Below are positions 63,110-64,000 of a stretch of DNA of 64,000 bases, one piece after another. This stretch comes from a virus. Taxonomy: Duplodnaviria; Caudoviricetes. A program made the translations under genes and the position numbers. Below the pieces are notes generated by a model. It saw nothing but the letters and a program-made list of their open reading frames with translations. It ran no database searches and was not told the DNA's origin. Where the stretch lies: the IMG/VR virus record IMGVR_UViG_2595698339_000001, positions 1 through 64,000 of that record; one strand, 5' to 3'. Numbering within the stretch: the stretch's first letter is position 1; the number at the start of each line of letters is the position of its first letter.

Positions 63110-63425
63110 GCCATTGAGCGGCTGGCATTCCAGGTACCGCAGGATCATCGACATCTACCGATCCAACCTTCAGCTCGAGAACGCTGAGCTGTGCCGGATC
63201 GTGGACTATCAGATGGAAGAGATCGGGGAGGGGTGGGTCTGCGACGACTCGCCCCTTCCCCCGCTCGACACCCTGATGTCCGCGGCGGAGATCGGGAAGA
63301 GGTTCGGCTTCGCCCGGTGGGACGTTACGAACTGGGTAAAGTCGGGGAAGATCAAGCGGCACGAGACGGAAGAAGGGCCGCGGTATCGCCTCGGTGATGT
63401 CGTCGCCTACTTCTCGTCTCGATGA
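63090..63425 (+). CDS. HTH (MerR/excisionase-like) protein
   Basis: LMSAAEIG...VTNWVKSGKI...PRYRLGDV. Confidence 0.7.
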   Translation: MELLRCEPLSGWHSRYRRIIDIYRSNLQLENAELCRIVDYQMEEIGEGWVCDDSPLPPLDTLMSAAEIGKRFGFARWDVTNWVKSGKIKRHETEEGPRYRLGDVVAYFSSR

Positions 63426-63477
63426 AAAATCCGCCCAAATTCGCGTGTGATAACATCAAAGGTGCAGCGATACCCCC

Positions 63478-63768
63478 ATGCCAAAAACAGAAGAATGGCT
63501 CGACTGCGGTCCTGAATTCCCTGGCCACCAGGCTTCCAGCCTCGGCCGGATCAAGAACCCAAAGGGGAAGATACTTACTCCCCGCCCACACAATGGGGCA
63601 CTTCGAGTGGACATCGGCAAGCGCGCGGTAATGGTTCACGACGTCATTCTCAAGACGTTCTCGGGCAATCCCCCGAACCTCAATTACCGAGTGAAGCACC
63701 TCAACGAGGACCGCACCGACAACCGCGAGGAGAACCTGATGTGGGCTCAGCGGAAAGCGTCGAAATGA
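63478..63768 (+). CDS. short NUMOD4/HNH endonuclease
   Basis: ASSLGRIK, VH, HLNED..DN...NL; extended -10 TGnTAACAT at 63448-63456. Confidence 0.75.
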   Translation: MPKTEEWLDCGPEFPGHQASSLGRIKNPKGKILTPRPHNGALRVDIGKRAVMVHDVILKTFSGNPPNLNYRVKHLNEDRTDNREENLMWAQRKASK

Positions 63769-63857
63769 CCACCTGCAAGTGGTGCGCCGCGGACTCGTCA
63801 TGGTCGCACAATTGCATAAGGGCGCTACGGCGCCCTCGGTACGCCACCACCGACTGA
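63765..63857 (+). CDS. small protein (30 aa, MTTCKWC...)
   Basis: ATGA coupling; read manually. Confidence 0.4.
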   Translation: MTTCKWCAADSSWSHNCIRALRRPRYATTD

Positions 63858-63869
63858 ACGGGGCTCACA

Positions 63870-63949
63870 TGGCCCGTAGCTCAGTCAGGTAGAGCAGCCT
63901 TGCCCCTTGCGGGCTTGGTTCGTCCCCGGTTCAAATCCGGGCGGGCCTT
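63870..63949 (+). tRNA. atypical tRNA or tRNA-like RNA, identity ambiguous
   Basis: ggcccg/cgggcc acceptor, gctc/gagc D arm, cccgg-ttcaaat-ccggg T arm; enlarged anticodon arm. Confidence 0.7.
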
Positions 63950-63954
63950 GCCTC

Positions 63955-64000
63955 GCGCCCGTGGTCGAATTGGAAAGACTCCTGGCTTCCACCCAGGTTA
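63955..64000 (+). tRNA. tRNA-Gly(TCC), truncated by the window end
   Basis: D arm gtc/gac; anticodon arm cctgg-cttccac-ccagg. Confidence 0.85.

Overview
The first 64 kb of a high-GC, temperate siphoviral actinobacteriophage genome. The gene order and content (intein-containing terminase, HK97-type head, long tape measure, LysA/holin/LysB, short tyrosine integrase, Lsr2, ERF plus exonuclease, DnaB, WhiB, Pnkp plus RNA ligase, ClpP, tRNAs) are most consistent with a cluster E (Cjw1-like) mycobacteriophage; this is an inference, not a database match. Layout: probable left end (1-266), packaging and virion genes (1057-29470), lysis (30133-33620), a leftward accessory operon (34034-38283), integration/immunity (38459-41244), and a rightward early/replication/accessory arm (41275-64000) ending inside a tRNA-Gly. 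The most unusual signals are non-coding: a ~450-nt highly structured RNA-like region behind its own promoter and operator (42838-43290), a cluster of hairpins with anti-Shine-Dalgarno CCUCCUU loops (44174-44330), twin long hairpins with a shared GCGTTCCCC loop flanking an HNH gene, a dispersed CTTYACTGAACTRAA operator-like motif and a start-associated AACTGAATATG motif. Also notable are an Acb2/Tad1-like sponge candidate, a loxP-like 13-7-13 palindrome before a Trp-type recombinase, and an atypical tRNA. All pairings and motifs were read by eye; no folding or homology searches were run.
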